This document shows, in pieces, positions 21,907 through 31,755 of a stretch of 64,000 bases of DNA; position 1 is the first letter of the stretch, and each line of letters starts with the position of its first letter. The position numbers and the translations under genes are program-made. The notes under the pieces were generated by a model. It was not told where the DNA came from. It was given only the letters and a program-made list of their open reading frames with translations, and searched no databases. Origin of the DNA: Thermoplasmatota archaeon (GTDB taxonomy: Archaea; Thermoplasmatota; Thermoplasmata; UBA10834); assembly GCA_040751795.1 (NCBI GenBank), contig JBFMHR010000004.1, positions 96,001 to 160,000 on the forward strand. Direction: 5' to 3'.

Positions 21907-22224
21907 CTAGTGGCAGCCCGCGCAGCTGCCGCCGCACGAGGAGCCCGATGACTTGACCTTCACGACGACGCCGGGCCCCTGCGGGGTGTCCACGGAGTCG
22001 ATGACGGCCTCCTTGAGCTCGTCCTCGAGCGTCTTCTCGTAGATTAGCGTGAAGCCGTCGACCTTGACCTCGACGTCGCTGTCCTTCTTCTTGTCGAAGC
22101 CCATCATGTAGGCCGGGCCGGAGCAGGAGAACCCTGCGAAGAATATCCTGATCGGCTCGTTCTTCTTCTCGTCGGTGAGTATGGCGTTTATCGTCTTGGT
22201 CGCCTTCGGCGTGACTGTGACCAT
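21907..22224 (-). CDS. HesB/IscA-like Fe-S biosynthesis protein
   Basis: VTPKA..., AGFSCSGP.Y.M and C-terminal CGGSCAGC. Confidence 0.75.
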   Translation of the reverse strand: MVTVTPKATKTINAILTDEKKNEPIRIFFAGFSCSGPAYMMGFDKKKDSDVEVKVDGFTLIYEKTLEDELKEAVIDSVDTPQGPGVVVKVKSSGSSCGGSCAGCH

Positions 22225-22326
22225 GCGTGTAGCCTCGTGTCGAGCTAGGCCGCACCTGATATAATTGCTTTTTGCCAGCCGCGGCTGGGGCCTTAAGCGG
22301 ACGTCCTGGCCTTATATACGGTCAGC

Positions 22327-23547
22327 CTAGACCTTGACCCGGTCGAACCCCTCGCCGCCCACGGGCTTCGTCGCGTCGATGCCCATCTTGGTGGTGGTCT
22401 CGTCCGCGCTCGGGTCGAGGCTGCTGCCCCTGGCCTTCTCTATCATCACGAGGCCCTTGTGCCCCTGGAACCTGGTTGCCACGGCCCACTCGACGTCCCT
22501 GTCGTCGAATACGTCGATGTCGCCGTCCACCACGGTCACGAGCTTCATCGAGGGGTGCGCCCCGAGCGCCGCCATTATCGCATTGACGGAGTCGCCCTCC
22601 TTCTGCTTGGTGATCGAGACCACCCCGTGGAGCCAGCAGCAGCCGCCCTCGGTCAGCCTCACGGCGTGGACCTCTGGCACCGCGGTGCTCACGGCCCTCT
22701 GGATGACCGGCTCCCTCGGCATCCCCATCATGAGGAAGTGCTCCTCCCTCCCGGGCAGGATCATCTGGAACACCGGGTCGTCCCGGTGGTATATCTTGTC
22801 TATCTCCGCGACGGGCTGGCTCCTGACGGGGTCGACGGTCCCGGTGATGTCCACGAACGGCCCCTCGTCCGCGACCTCCTTGGTCAGCCTCCCCTCCAGC
22901 ACGTACTCGGCGAAGGCGGGGACCAGGAGGCCGTTCCCGATCCTCCGGACATAGACGGGCTCGTTGAGGCACAGCTGCCTCAGGGAGCTGGCGACGTCGA
23001 GCTCGTTCTTCCCGAACTCGAGATTCATGGCCGCCGCGAGCATCACCGACGGGCACAGGCCGATCGCCACGGCGATCTTGAGCTCCTTCCCCTGCGAGAG
23101 CGCCCTCCTGTGGAGGGCGTGGAGGTGCCTCGGGACGACGCGGACCGCGAACCTCCTGTCGTCAAGGAGCATCATCCTGTGGAACGACATGTTCCTGATC
23201 CCGTCGTGCTCGGCTATGACCACGCCGGCCGTCACGAACCTGCCGCCGTCGGTGGGGTAGAACTTAGGTATGGCGGAGGCCCTGAGGTCGAAGTCCGTGA
23301 GGACGTTGGCGTCGAACGGGGCGCTGTCCACCTCCTGCGGCTGGGAGGGGGCGTCCATGGCCCTGACCATCTTGAGCGTGAGGTCGGCGGGGGTGGTGCC
23401 CATCGCATGGGCGATCCTCTCCCTCGTGGACCACAGGTTGCCCACCGCGTGGTACCCGTCCAGGTCCTCGAACAGCATCGGCCTGGTGGGCTCCTTGAGG
23501 AGGTACTTCGTGACCTCGACGTCCCGCGATACCTTGCCCTTGACCAC
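22327..23547 (-). CDS. UbiD family prFMN decarboxylase (possible anhydromevalonate phosphate decarboxylase)
   Basis: DGGRF, HR, EGPF, VEWAVATR and K.GIDAT motifs. Confidence 0.88.
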   Translation of the reverse strand: MVKGKVSRDVEVTKYLLKEPTRPMLFEDLDGYHAVGNLWSTRERIAHAMGTTPADLTLKMVRAMDAPSQPQEVDSAPFDANVLTDFDLRASAIPKFYPTDGGRFVTAGVVIAEHDGIRNMSFHRMMLLDDRRFAVRVVPRHLHALHRRALSQGKELKIAVAIGLCPSVMLAAAMNLEFGKNELDVASSLRQLCLNEPVYVRRIGNGLLVPAFAEYVLEGRLTKEVADEGPFVDITGTVDPVRSQPVAEIDKIYHRDDPVFQMILPGREEHFLMMGMPREPVIQRAVSTAVPEVHAVRLTEGGCCWLHGVVSITKQKEGDSVNAIMAALGAHPSMKLVTVVDGDIDVFDDRDVEWAVATRFQGHKGLVMIEKARGSSLDPSADETTTKMGIDATKPVGGEGFDRVKV

Positions 23548-23703
23548 TACCTTGTCGTCGAGACCGGAGAGGATAGCCCTGATGGACAGACCATCACCGC
23601 CCGATGCATGAGAGTCACCGTATTTCTATCCTTTCTCGCCGTCCAGACGGCGCAGACTGGCCCCTGCTCAACCTTCTTATACGCATTCGCCAATCGAGTC
23701 GCG

Positions 23704-25374
23704 ATGGACATAGAACCCCTGGTCCGCAAGTACGCCCTCCAGAACGCCGTCCAGTACGGCGGGAAGGCCACGCTCGGCTCGGTGCTGGGCAAGGTGATGG
23801 CCGAGAACCCGGAGCTGAGGCCCAAGGCCAAGGAGGTCTCCGCTGCGGCCAAGGGCATCGTGGACGAGGTCAACAGGATGTCCCAGGACGCCCAGAGGGC
23901 CGCCCTGGAGTCCGTCGCGCCGGAGCTCCTCGTGAAGGAGTCGAGGCAGAGGGAGATGGGCCTCCCGGACCTCAGGAACGTGAAGGGCGAGGTCAGGATG
24001 CGCATGGCCCCGAACCCGTCCGGGCCGCTCCACCTGGGCCACAGCAGGATGGCCATACTGAACGACGAGTACGTGAAGCGCTACGGCGGGATCTGCTACA
24101 ACAGGTTCGAGGACACCGACCCCGCCAGGATAGACCCGTCGGGCTACGACTCGATACCGAGGGACTTCGAGTGGCTCGGCGTGAAGATCCACGAGACGAT
24201 CATCCAGAGCGACAGGTTCGAGATATATTACGACATCGCCCGCAAGCTCCTGGACATGGGCAAGGCGTACGTGTGCACCTGCAGGCCGGAGGAGTGGAGG
24301 GACCTCAAGAACCACAAGAAGGCCTGCCCCCACAGGGAGCAGCCCGTCGAGGAGCAGCTCCACAGGTGGGACAGGATGTTCGACGGGTCCTTCAAGGCGG
24401 AGGAGGCGTCCGTCATGGTGAAGACGGACCTCCAGCACCCCAACCCCGCGATACGCGACTTCGTCGCCCTCAGGATAGATGACACGCCGCACCCCAGGAC
24501 CGGGACGAGGTACAGGGTGTACCCGCTCATGAACCTCGCAGTGGCGGTGGACGACCACCTCCTCGACCTCACTCACGTGCTGAGGGGGAAGGACCACCTC
24601 AACAACACCTACCGGCAGGAGTACCTGTACGACTACTTCGGATGGAAGAAGCCGGAGTACATCCACTACGGCCGCGTCTCCATCGAGGACGCGCAGCTCT
24701 CGACCTCCAAGATGGCCAAGGGCATCAGGGAAGGCCTCCACAGGGGCTGGGACGACCCGCAGCTCGGCACGCTGGGCGCGATGAGGAGGAGGGGCATCAG
24801 GCCGGAGGCCATAAGGAGGTACTGGACCGAGGTGGGCATCAAGGAGGTCGACATCGAGTTCTCCTGGAAGACGCTCTTCACCTACAACCGCGAGCTCGTG
24901 GACGACACCGCGGACAGGTACTTCTTCGTGGAGGATCCCTTCAAGATGACCCTCGAGGGCGCGGATGGAGTGGTGGTCGCGAAGGCCCCGCTGCATCCTG
25001 ACCATCCTGAGCGAGGGACGAGGGCCATAGCGGTCCCCAGGGGAGGGGATGTCTTCCTGGCTCGGTCTGACCTGAAGGACGAACCGAAGAGGCTGAGACT
25101 CAAGGATCTGTGCAACGTCGATGTCAGGGGAAACACGCTCGTGTACAAGGGCAACGACCTCTCCGTCCTGAAGGAGGGCGTGAAGATCGTCCACTGGGCG
25201 CCGGCTGACGCCGTCCCGGCCGAGGTCCTGATGACCGATGGCACCACCAGAAAGGGCGTCGCAGAACCATCCCTGGCCAAGGCGATGGGGAAGGTCGTCC
25301 AGCTCGAGCGGTTCGCCTTCGTGCGCGTGGAGCAGGTCAGCCCCTCGATAAGGTGCGTGTTCACCCACAGGTGA
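23704..25374 (+). CDS. gltX: Glutamate--tRNA ligase (archaeal type)
   Basis: APNPSGPLHLGH, FEDTDP, LRGKDH, LSTSK and QLERFAF motifs. Confidence 0.96.
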   Translation: MDIEPLVRKYALQNAVQYGGKATLGSVLGKVMAENPELRPKAKEVSAAAKGIVDEVNRMSQDAQRAALESVAPELLVKESRQREMGLPDLRNVKGEVRMRMAPNPSGPLHLGHSRMAILNDEYVKRYGGICYNRFEDTDPARIDPSGYDSIPRDFEWLGVKIHETIIQSDRFEIYYDIARKLLDMGKAYVCTCRPEEWRDLKNHKKACPHREQPVEEQLHRWDRMFDGSFKAEEASVMVKTDLQHPNPAIRDFVALRIDDTPHPRTGTRYRVYPLMNLAVAVDDHLLDLTHVLRGKDHLNNTYRQEYLYDYFGWKKPEYIHYGRVSIEDAQLSTSKMAKGIREGLHRGWDDPQLGTLGAMRRRGIRPEAIRRYWTEVGIKEVDIEFSWKTLFTYNRELVDDTADRYFFVEDPFKMTLEGADGVVVAKAPLHPDHPERGTRAIAVPRGGDVFLARSDLKDEPKRLRLKDLCNVDVRGNTLVYKGNDLSVLKEGVKIVHWAPADAVPAEVLMTDGTTRKGVAEPSLAKAMGKVVQLERFAFVRVEQVSPSIRCVFTHR

Positions 25375-25375
25375 G

Positions 25376-26416
25376 CTACACGTCCCAGAAGGGGACGATG
25401 TCGCACGAGAGGCAGGCGTGGCACATGGTCCTGAAACGCAGCGTGGACAGGCCGTGGTCCTCGAGTATCGACTTCTCTGCGATCGCCAACCTCAACATCC
25501 TGTCCGCGGTCACGGGCTCCAGCTTCCCGAGGCTCTCCTCGAGGGCGGACGCGTTCACCTCGTCCCTCCTGAGGGCCCTTAGGGTCGCGACCGCGCCCAT
25601 GTTCGCCAGGACCCTGGCCCCCTCGAGGACGTTCCCGTCGTCCTCGCCGAGCCCGAAGATGATGTTGGAGCAGACCCTGTTCCTCCCGAAGACCTCGCCG
25701 GCGTGATTTATCGCGTGGAGTATGTGGTCGAGGTCCATGTCCCCGCAGACCTTCTCGAATATGTCCCTGTCGAAGGTCTCGACGTTGAGCTTGATCTCGT
25801 CGGCCCCGGCCTCCCTGAGCATGTCCACCTCGTCCGGCCTGGTGGCGTAGGGCTCGACGCCGATGGGCACCCCGGGCAGCTCTGCCCTGACCCTCCTGAC
25901 CAGGCCGGCCATCCTCCTGACCGTCATGGCGGGGGAGTGCGCCACGGCGCTCGTGAAAGCCACGGACTGGAACCCCTCCTTCCGCGAGGCCTCGAGGACC
26001 ATCCCGACTATCCCGTCGTCGGTGAGGTCCTTGGTCGCGTCCCTGCCGAGCCTGGGCGAGTTGCAGAACTTGCAGTCGTACACGCACGCGCTCTCGATGT
26101 TGACGAAGGCCTGGTAGGGCGCGTGCATCATCGTCGGGACCAGCTCCACGCCGTCGATGAACGCCTCGCCGCGCCTGGTGATGGACAGGCGCTCCCCGTC
26201 GGCGACCAGCTCGAACTCCCCCGGCTCCCTCGAGACGGCCTTCTTCGCCCTGGTCCCGCCGAAGGAGAACACGATGGACGTGCGTCCCGCCCCCGGCCCC
26301 GCAGTCGACCTGCTGGCGGGGAACGGGAGCCGGAAGCCGTCGGGGAGCGTCACGTGGCCGCCGGCGAGCAGCTCGGCCTTCAGCCTCGCCGTCCGCGGGC
26401 TCACTTCCGCTTCCAT
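25376..26416 (-). CDS. Radical SAM protein
   Basis: CxxxCxxC (CVYDCKFC), STAGPGAG and C-terminal CxxCxxC; overlaps the cysS 3' end. Confidence 0.85.
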   Translation of the reverse strand: MEAEVSPRTARLKAELLAGGHVTLPDGFRLPFPASRSTAGPGAGRTSIVFSFGGTRAKKAVSREPGEFELVADGERLSITRRGEAFIDGVELVPTMMHAPYQAFVNIESACVYDCKFCNSPRLGRDATKDLTDDGIVGMVLEASRKEGFQSVAFTSAVAHSPAMTVRRMAGLVRRVRAELPGVPIGVEPYATRPDEVDMLREAGADEIKLNVETFDRDIFEKVCGDMDLDHILHAINHAGEVFGRNRVCSNIIFGLGEDDGNVLEGARVLANMGAVATLRALRRDEVNASALEESLGKLEPVTADRMLRLAIAEKSILEDHGLSTLRFRTMCHACLSCDIVPFWDV

Positions 26417-27852
26417 ACCGCACCGTCTTTGGTGTCGCTCACTTCGACGCCGAGCTCCGCCAGCCTCTTCCTGACCCTGTCGGCGTACGCGAAGTCCTTC
26501 TTCGCCCTCGCCGCCGAGCGCAGCTGCACCCACTCCTCGACCTTCCCGTCCGAGAGCCCCTCCTTCGTGATCGTCTCAGGGTCGGGGAACTCGCCGACTG
26601 GCACGGCGTCCCGCACCACCGCGTGCCTCGTCGCTTCCAGGACGTCGAATATCTGGTTGAACCTGCGGAACACGCCGACGACGTTCCCGGCGCCCTTCCT
26701 GCTCAGGCGCCCCTCGCCGATGAGCCTGTTCGCCTCCCTGGCGAAGTCGTACATGACGGCGATGGCCTCCCTGCTGGAGAAGTCGTCGTCCATCCTCTCC
26801 TCGACCCTCCCCCAGGCGCCGTCGCAGAGCCCCTGCGCGTCGTCCGCCCCCTTCGCGCCGTCCAGCGCCGCCAGGGCGGCGTCGTAGGCGTTGTTGAGCT
26901 TCTCCAGCGCCTTCCTCGCCTCCTCGAGGGAGGTCTCGTCGTACTCGAGGGGGGCGCTGTAGGTCGCGTTGAGGACGAAGAACCTGACCACCTCGGGCCT
27001 GTACCTCGCGAGTATGTCGTGGATGGTGAAGAAGTTCTTCAGGGACTTGGACATCTTCTCCTCGCCGATCGTGAGCATGCCGTTGTGCATCCAGTACCTC
27101 ACGAACGGCGCGCCGTTGTACGCCTCGGACTGGAGTATCTCGTTCTCGTGGTGCGGGAAGACCAGGTCCGTCCCGCCCCCGTGGATGTCGACGGTCGGCC
27201 CTATGTGCTTCAGGCACATGGCGGAGCACTCGATGTGCCAGCCGGGCCGGCCCTTCCCCCAGGGGGAGTCCCAGGCGATCTCGCCGGGCTTCGCCGCCTT
27301 CCAGAGCGCGAAGTCCATGGGGTCGCGCTTGTCCTCCCCCGGGTCCACCCTGGCCCCTGCGACCGTCTGGTCCAGGCTCTGGCCGGAGAGCTTCCCGTAC
27401 TCCGCCGCCCTGCGGACGCTGAAGTAGACCGACCCGTTCGACTCGTAGGCGTACCCCTTCTCCTCGAGCCCCTTGACCATGGCTATTATCTCGGGCATGG
27501 TCTCGGAGGCCTTCGGGTAGACATCGGCCCGCTTCACCTTGAGCCTGGCCATGTCCTCCTCGTACGCTCCGATCATGTCCCCGGAGAGCCTCAGCGGGTC
27601 GATGCCCATCTCGTTGGCGCGGGCGATGATCTTGTCGTCCACGTCGGTGAAGTTGGTGACATGCCTGACGTCGTACCCCCTGTATCTGAGCCACCGGACG
27701 ATCAGGTCGAAGTTGATGGCCGACTTGGCGTGGCCCAGGTGGGACCTGTCGTAGACGGTCACTCCGCAGACGTAGATGCCCACCCTGCCATCGACGAGCG
27801 GTTCGAAGGGCTCCTTCCGCCTGGTGAGCGAGTTGTGGATGGTGACTGCCAT
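26401..27852 (-). CDS. cysS: Cysteine--tRNA ligase
   Basis: CGVTVY, HLGH, GRPGWHIEC, HGGG.DL.FPHHENE and KMSKS motifs. Confidence 0.97.
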   Translation of the reverse strand: MAVTIHNSLTRRKEPFEPLVDGRVGIYVCGVTVYDRSHLGHAKSAINFDLIVRWLRYRGYDVRHVTNFTDVDDKIIARANEMGIDPLRLSGDMIGAYEEDMARLKVKRADVYPKASETMPEIIAMVKGLEEKGYAYESNGSVYFSVRRAAEYGKLSGQSLDQTVAGARVDPGEDKRDPMDFALWKAAKPGEIAWDSPWGKGRPGWHIECSAMCLKHIGPTVDIHGGGTDLVFPHHENEILQSEAYNGAPFVRYWMHNGMLTIGEEKMSKSLKNFFTIHDILARYRPEVVRFFVLNATYSAPLEYDETSLEEARKALEKLNNAYDAALAALDGAKGADDAQGLCDGAWGRVEERMDDDFSSREAIAVMYDFAREANRLIGEGRLSRKGAGNVVGVFRRFNQIFDVLEATRHAVVRDAVPVGEFPDPETITKEGLSDGKVEEWVQLRSAARAKKDFAYADRVRKRLAELGVEVSDTKDGAVWKRK

Positions 27853-27883
27853 CGTATTCCCTCTCAAATCACGGCTGGGCCTA

Positions 27884-28609
27884 TTAATCCTTCTGAGGTG
27901 TGGGGCAGGCCAGCTCCTCGGGCCTGCCAGCGCCCTTCTTGGCCGTGGCGATCTTCTTGGCCGACTCGAGCCCGAGCTTCTTCTCGATCATCTCGAGCCT
28001 GTACTCCATCTCGGAGAGGCTGTGGCAGAGGTCCACGAAGGCGTTGACGACGGGGTCCGGCAGCTCCTCGTGGTGCAGGTCTATGGAGGTAGCGCCCTCC
28101 CTCTTGACTATCTTGGCGGGCACGCCGACGACCGTCGAGTTGGGCGGGACCGACTTGACGACGACTGAGCCGGCGCCGACCCTGACGTTGTCGCCTATCA
28201 CGACCGGCCCCAGGATGGTCGCCCCCGCGCCTATCACGACGTTGTTGCCTATGGTCGGGTGGCGCTTCTTCTTCTCGGTGCTCACGCCGCCGAGCGTGAC
28301 GCCCTGGTAGACCGACACGTTGTCGCCTATCTCGGCCGTCTCGCCGATGACCACGCCCGTGGCGTGGTCGATGAAGAAACCCTTGCCGATGGTCGCGCCC
28401 GGGTGTATGTCCGCCCCGGTGAGGACCCGCGAGACGTAGTTGAGCGCCCTCGCCGTCTTGAAGTGGCCCTTCAGGTACTGCCTGTGCGAGGCCCTGTAGC
28501 ACCTGATCGCGTGCAGGCCCGGGCTGAAGAGCATCGCCTCCGCCCTGCTCTTTACGGCGGGGTCCCGCTCCAGGACGATGTCGATGTCCCTCTTCCCAGT
28601 CTCGGCCAT
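27884..28609 (-). CDS. cysE: Serine O-acetyltransferase
   Basis: RDPA, DIHPGA.IG..FFIDH and hexapeptide repeats with RHPT. Confidence 0.94.
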   Translation of the reverse strand: MAETGKRDIDIVLERDPAVKSRAEAMLFSPGLHAIRCYRASHRQYLKGHFKTARALNYVSRVLTGADIHPGATIGKGFFIDHATGVVIGETAEIGDNVSVYQGVTLGGVSTEKKKRHPTIGNNVVIGAGATILGPVVIGDNVRVGAGSVVVKSVPPNSTVVGVPAKIVKREGATSIDLHHEELPDPVVNAFVDLCHSLSEMEYRLEMIEKKLGLESAKKIATAKKGAGRPEELACPTPQKD

Positions 28610-28614
28610 CGCGG

Positions 28615-29541
28615 TCAGTCTCCAAACAGGTCAGTGCTCAAATATCTTTCTCCGGAGTCCGGGAAGACCACGACGACGTTCCTGCCTGGCCCCAGCTCCT
28701 TCGCGACAGCCAGCGCGGCCCAAGCGGCCGCGCCGGACGATATCCCGACGAACATCCCCTCGAGCCTCGCGAGGTCGCGCGCGGTCCTCGCCGCGTCCTC
28801 GCCGCGGACCCTGATGACGGAATCGTAGACATCCGTGTCGAGAGCCTCGGGCACGAACCCCGCGCCGATCCCCTGGATTCTGTGGGGCCCGGGCGCGCCC
28901 CCGGACAGCACGGGCGACTCGTCGGGCTCCACTGCCACGACCCGGACCTCCGGGAACCTCCTCCTGAGCGCCTGGCCTACTCCGGTCACGGTGCCGCCCG
29001 TGCCCACGCCAGCGACGAAGGCGTCCACGCGGTCCATGGCCCTGATGATCTCCCTCGCCGTGGTCTTCCGGTGGGTCCAGGGGTTGGACTTGTTCCTGAA
29101 CTGCTGCGGCATGAACGACCCGGGTGTGGCGGCGGCGAGCTCCTCCGCCTTCTGCACAGCCCCTTTCATCCCCGACGGGCCGGGAGTGAGGACCAGCTCC
29201 GCCCCGAAGGCCTTGAGGACCCTCCTCCGCTCCACGCTCATCGTCTCGGGCATGGTGAGCACGAGGCGGTGACCCTTCACGGCGCAGACCATGGCCAGGC
29301 CGATGCCGGTGTTGCCGGACGTGGGCTCTATCACGACGGTGCCCTCCCCGACCAGCCCCTTCCTCTCGGCCGCCTCGATCATTCCCTTGGCTATCCTGTC
29401 CTTGACGGAGCCCATGGGGTTGAACCACTCCAGCTTCGCGTAGACGTCGGCCCCCCCGGGAGGGGCGAGCCTGGAGAGCCTGACGATGGGGGTGTTCCCC
29501 ACCGTGTCGAGGATGCTCGGGAGCGGTTTGCGTCTAGCCAT
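28615..29541 (-). CDS. cysK: Cysteine synthase A
   Basis: NP.GSVKDR, TSGNTG, GTGGT and IQGIGAG motifs. Confidence 0.95.
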   Translation of the reverse strand: MARRKPLPSILDTVGNTPIVRLSRLAPPGGADVYAKLEWFNPMGSVKDRIAKGMIEAAERKGLVGEGTVVIEPTSGNTGIGLAMVCAVKGHRLVLTMPETMSVERRRVLKAFGAELVLTPGPSGMKGAVQKAEELAAATPGSFMPQQFRNKSNPWTHRKTTAREIIRAMDRVDAFVAGVGTGGTVTGVGQALRRRFPEVRVVAVEPDESPVLSGGAPGPHRIQGIGAGFVPEALDTDVYDSVIRVRGEDAARTARDLARLEGMFVGISSGAAAWAALAVAKELGPGRNVVVVFPDSGERYLSTDLFGD

Positions 29542-29808
29542 CGCGCACCGTGAGAGCATATGGCACGAACTTATATAGGTTAGCCGGGGCGGGGAGGGCG
29601 TCCCGCGGCGTCGACGTACGTAACTGTCCCACGGCCGGAGACGGGCGGAGTCAGTATCGTCCGGTGCTTCGAGGGTTGCACTACATTTCTAGGTTTGAAC
29701 CACAATCCTATTAACGCCGTGAACCGGGTTGCGTGCCGGCACGGACGCTTAGGGGGGCGCGACGACGGGTACTGCTGGCTCTCCCCCAGGCGCAGCCGTA
29801 GAAGGAGT

Positions 29809-30543
29809 ATGGGGGGAGACAACACGCGCAACAAGAAGCTGCTTGTGGGAGCAGTCGCCCTGGTAATGCTGTCCTTGACAGCAGTGCAGGCGACCGCTGA
29901 GTACAGCCTGGAAGAGAGCGTCATATACGCCGAGGGCATAGGCTTCGACGGCCTCGAGGTGGTCCCGAACGCGGCGTTCCCTGCGACGATAGTGGGGCCC
30001 GCCACGAACGTGATGGTGGACTGGTCTGACGACATCGTGTTCCACCAGTTCCCGGCCGGACAGAAGGTGAGGACCGAGGTGGTCCTGCACAACATGAACC
30101 TCGACGGGACGGTCGGCCCCGCGGTCTACACGATCACCGCGCACCTGCTGATCGCACCTGTCAACGCCGACGGGACGCTCGGCCCGGCGATATACGAGAG
30201 CTGCATCGCCGAGGGCCTGTGGGTCGACGGACCATCGGACGCGTACTCGGCCGAGGTCAACGAGCTGGGCCTGCTGCTCTACGGGTACAACTGGGACACC
30301 CGCGGCCTCGCAGCCGGCACCTACCGCCTCGTCTTCTGGCTCGAGAAGGACGCCAGCTGCCCGGACGTGAACCCGTACAGCGGGCTGCCGGTCGCCTACA
30401 ACCCTGTGCAGATGACCCAGGGCGCGCCGGGCGACACCGACACCTCCGCCGGGACGATATACGGCATCGTCGGCTACGACCTAGCCAGCAACATATCGTG
30501 GCTGGACATCACCCTCCTCGCCAAGAAGACTGGCAGGAAGTGA
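29809..30543 (+). CDS. Secreted hypothetical protein, paralog 1 of 3
   Basis: Signal-peptide-like N-terminus; DWSDD..HQ..AG.KVRTEV and AY.AEVN..G.LLYGYNWDT shared with both downstream neighbours. Confidence 0.8.
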   Translation: MGGDNTRNKKLLVGAVALVMLSLTAVQATAEYSLEESVIYAEGIGFDGLEVVPNAAFPATIVGPATNVMVDWSDDIVFHQFPAGQKVRTEVVLHNMNLDGTVGPAVYTITAHLLIAPVNADGTLGPAIYESCIAEGLWVDGPSDAYSAEVNELGLLLYGYNWDTRGLAAGTYRLVFWLEKDASCPDVNPYSGLPVAYNPVQMTQGAPGDTDTSAGTIYGIVGYDLASNISWLDITLLAKKTGRK

Positions 30544-30793
30544 GGGGAAACCCGAAGGGGGTGCGGGGCCATCCGGCCCCTCATCCCGTACCATTTTCTT
30601 CTCCGCCGCCGACCGATGGCGTCGTTGCAGGGTATATGAAGTCAGTACGGTGTCTTATCAGCCCGTTATTTCGATGAATGCACCAATACCGATATATCTT
30701 CTCCAATCATGACTCGGTCTGGCACGGTGGGCATCCCGGGGCGCGGCTTCCCGTGTGCCGGGGCCCATCTGTACGAAGAGATGAGGGGGAGAC

Positions 30794-31513
30794 ATGAGAA
30801 GCAGAGGATTCGTAGCTGGAGCGGTGGCACTCGCCATGCTGGCGCTGTGCTCCGGACAGGCGGCGGCGGAATACCCGCTGGGCGTGAACGTGGTGTGCCC
30901 CGAGGGGTACTTCGTCGGCGGAGAGCCGGTGGTCGACGGCCAGGTGCAGGATGCTGGCACCCTGTTCGTCAGGCCGGCTAGCGATGTGATGCTCGACTGG
31001 TCGGACGACATTGTGTACCACCAGTGGACCGCCGGGTCGAAGGTCAGGGTCGAGGTCATCCTGACGGAGCCGGCCACGGGCGCGTACGTCTACACGCTGG
31101 CCGCGCACTTCCAGGTCGAGCAGCAGCAGGCTGACGGCACCTGGTTGGCGATATACGGGCCGAAGTCCATCGGCGGGGACCTGTGGATCGAGGGACCGGA
31201 CAGCAAGGACGCCTACAGGGCGGAGATCAACTCCGAGGGCTGGCTGCTCTACGGGTTCAACTGGGACACGAAGGACCTCCCTGCGGGGGCCTACAGGCTG
31301 AGCTTCTGGATCGGCGACGTGCCGGCCCAGGACCCGCTCGGGAACCCGATATCGCCCCTCGGCGTCGACATAACGTCCGGCGCGCCCGGCGACACCGAGG
31401 CGCTGAGCGGCGAGATACTCGCCACCGTCGAGTACGACTTCGCGGCGGACTACTCGTCGCTCGTGCTCGAGCTGCTCCCGAAGGAGCACGGCCGGGGCAT
31501 CAGCGGGAAGTGA
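30794..31513 (+). CDS. Secreted hypothetical protein, paralog 2 of 3
   Basis: GGGGGAGAC-ATG start, signal peptide (AAA/EY) and the same DWSDD and NWDT motifs. Confidence 0.8.
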   Translation: MRSRGFVAGAVALAMLALCSGQAAAEYPLGVNVVCPEGYFVGGEPVVDGQVQDAGTLFVRPASDVMLDWSDDIVYHQWTAGSKVRVEVILTEPATGAYVYTLAAHFQVEQQQADGTWLAIYGPKSIGGDLWIEGPDSKDAYRAEINSEGWLLYGFNWDTKDLPAGAYRLSFWIGDVPAQDPLGNPISPLGVDITSGAPGDTEALSGEILATVEYDFAADYSSLVLELLPKEHGRGISGK

Positions 31514-31755
31514 CCCGCTGGCGTCCTCGAAACGACAAACCCCTTGGCACTTCTTTTCCACCTTCTGCGGCGGTTTCCACGTCGGTTCACCTCGATATCA
31601 CCCCTGATAAAGTCAGTACGCGGGGATTTCACCGCGTTATATCTATGCGCGTACCAAAACCGAATACTACCCCCGCCCGGCATACGGCAGGCTCACGGCC
31701 GGCACGGAGAAGACAGGGGGGCGAGTGCCCTCACGGCCGATTACGAGGGGGAGAC

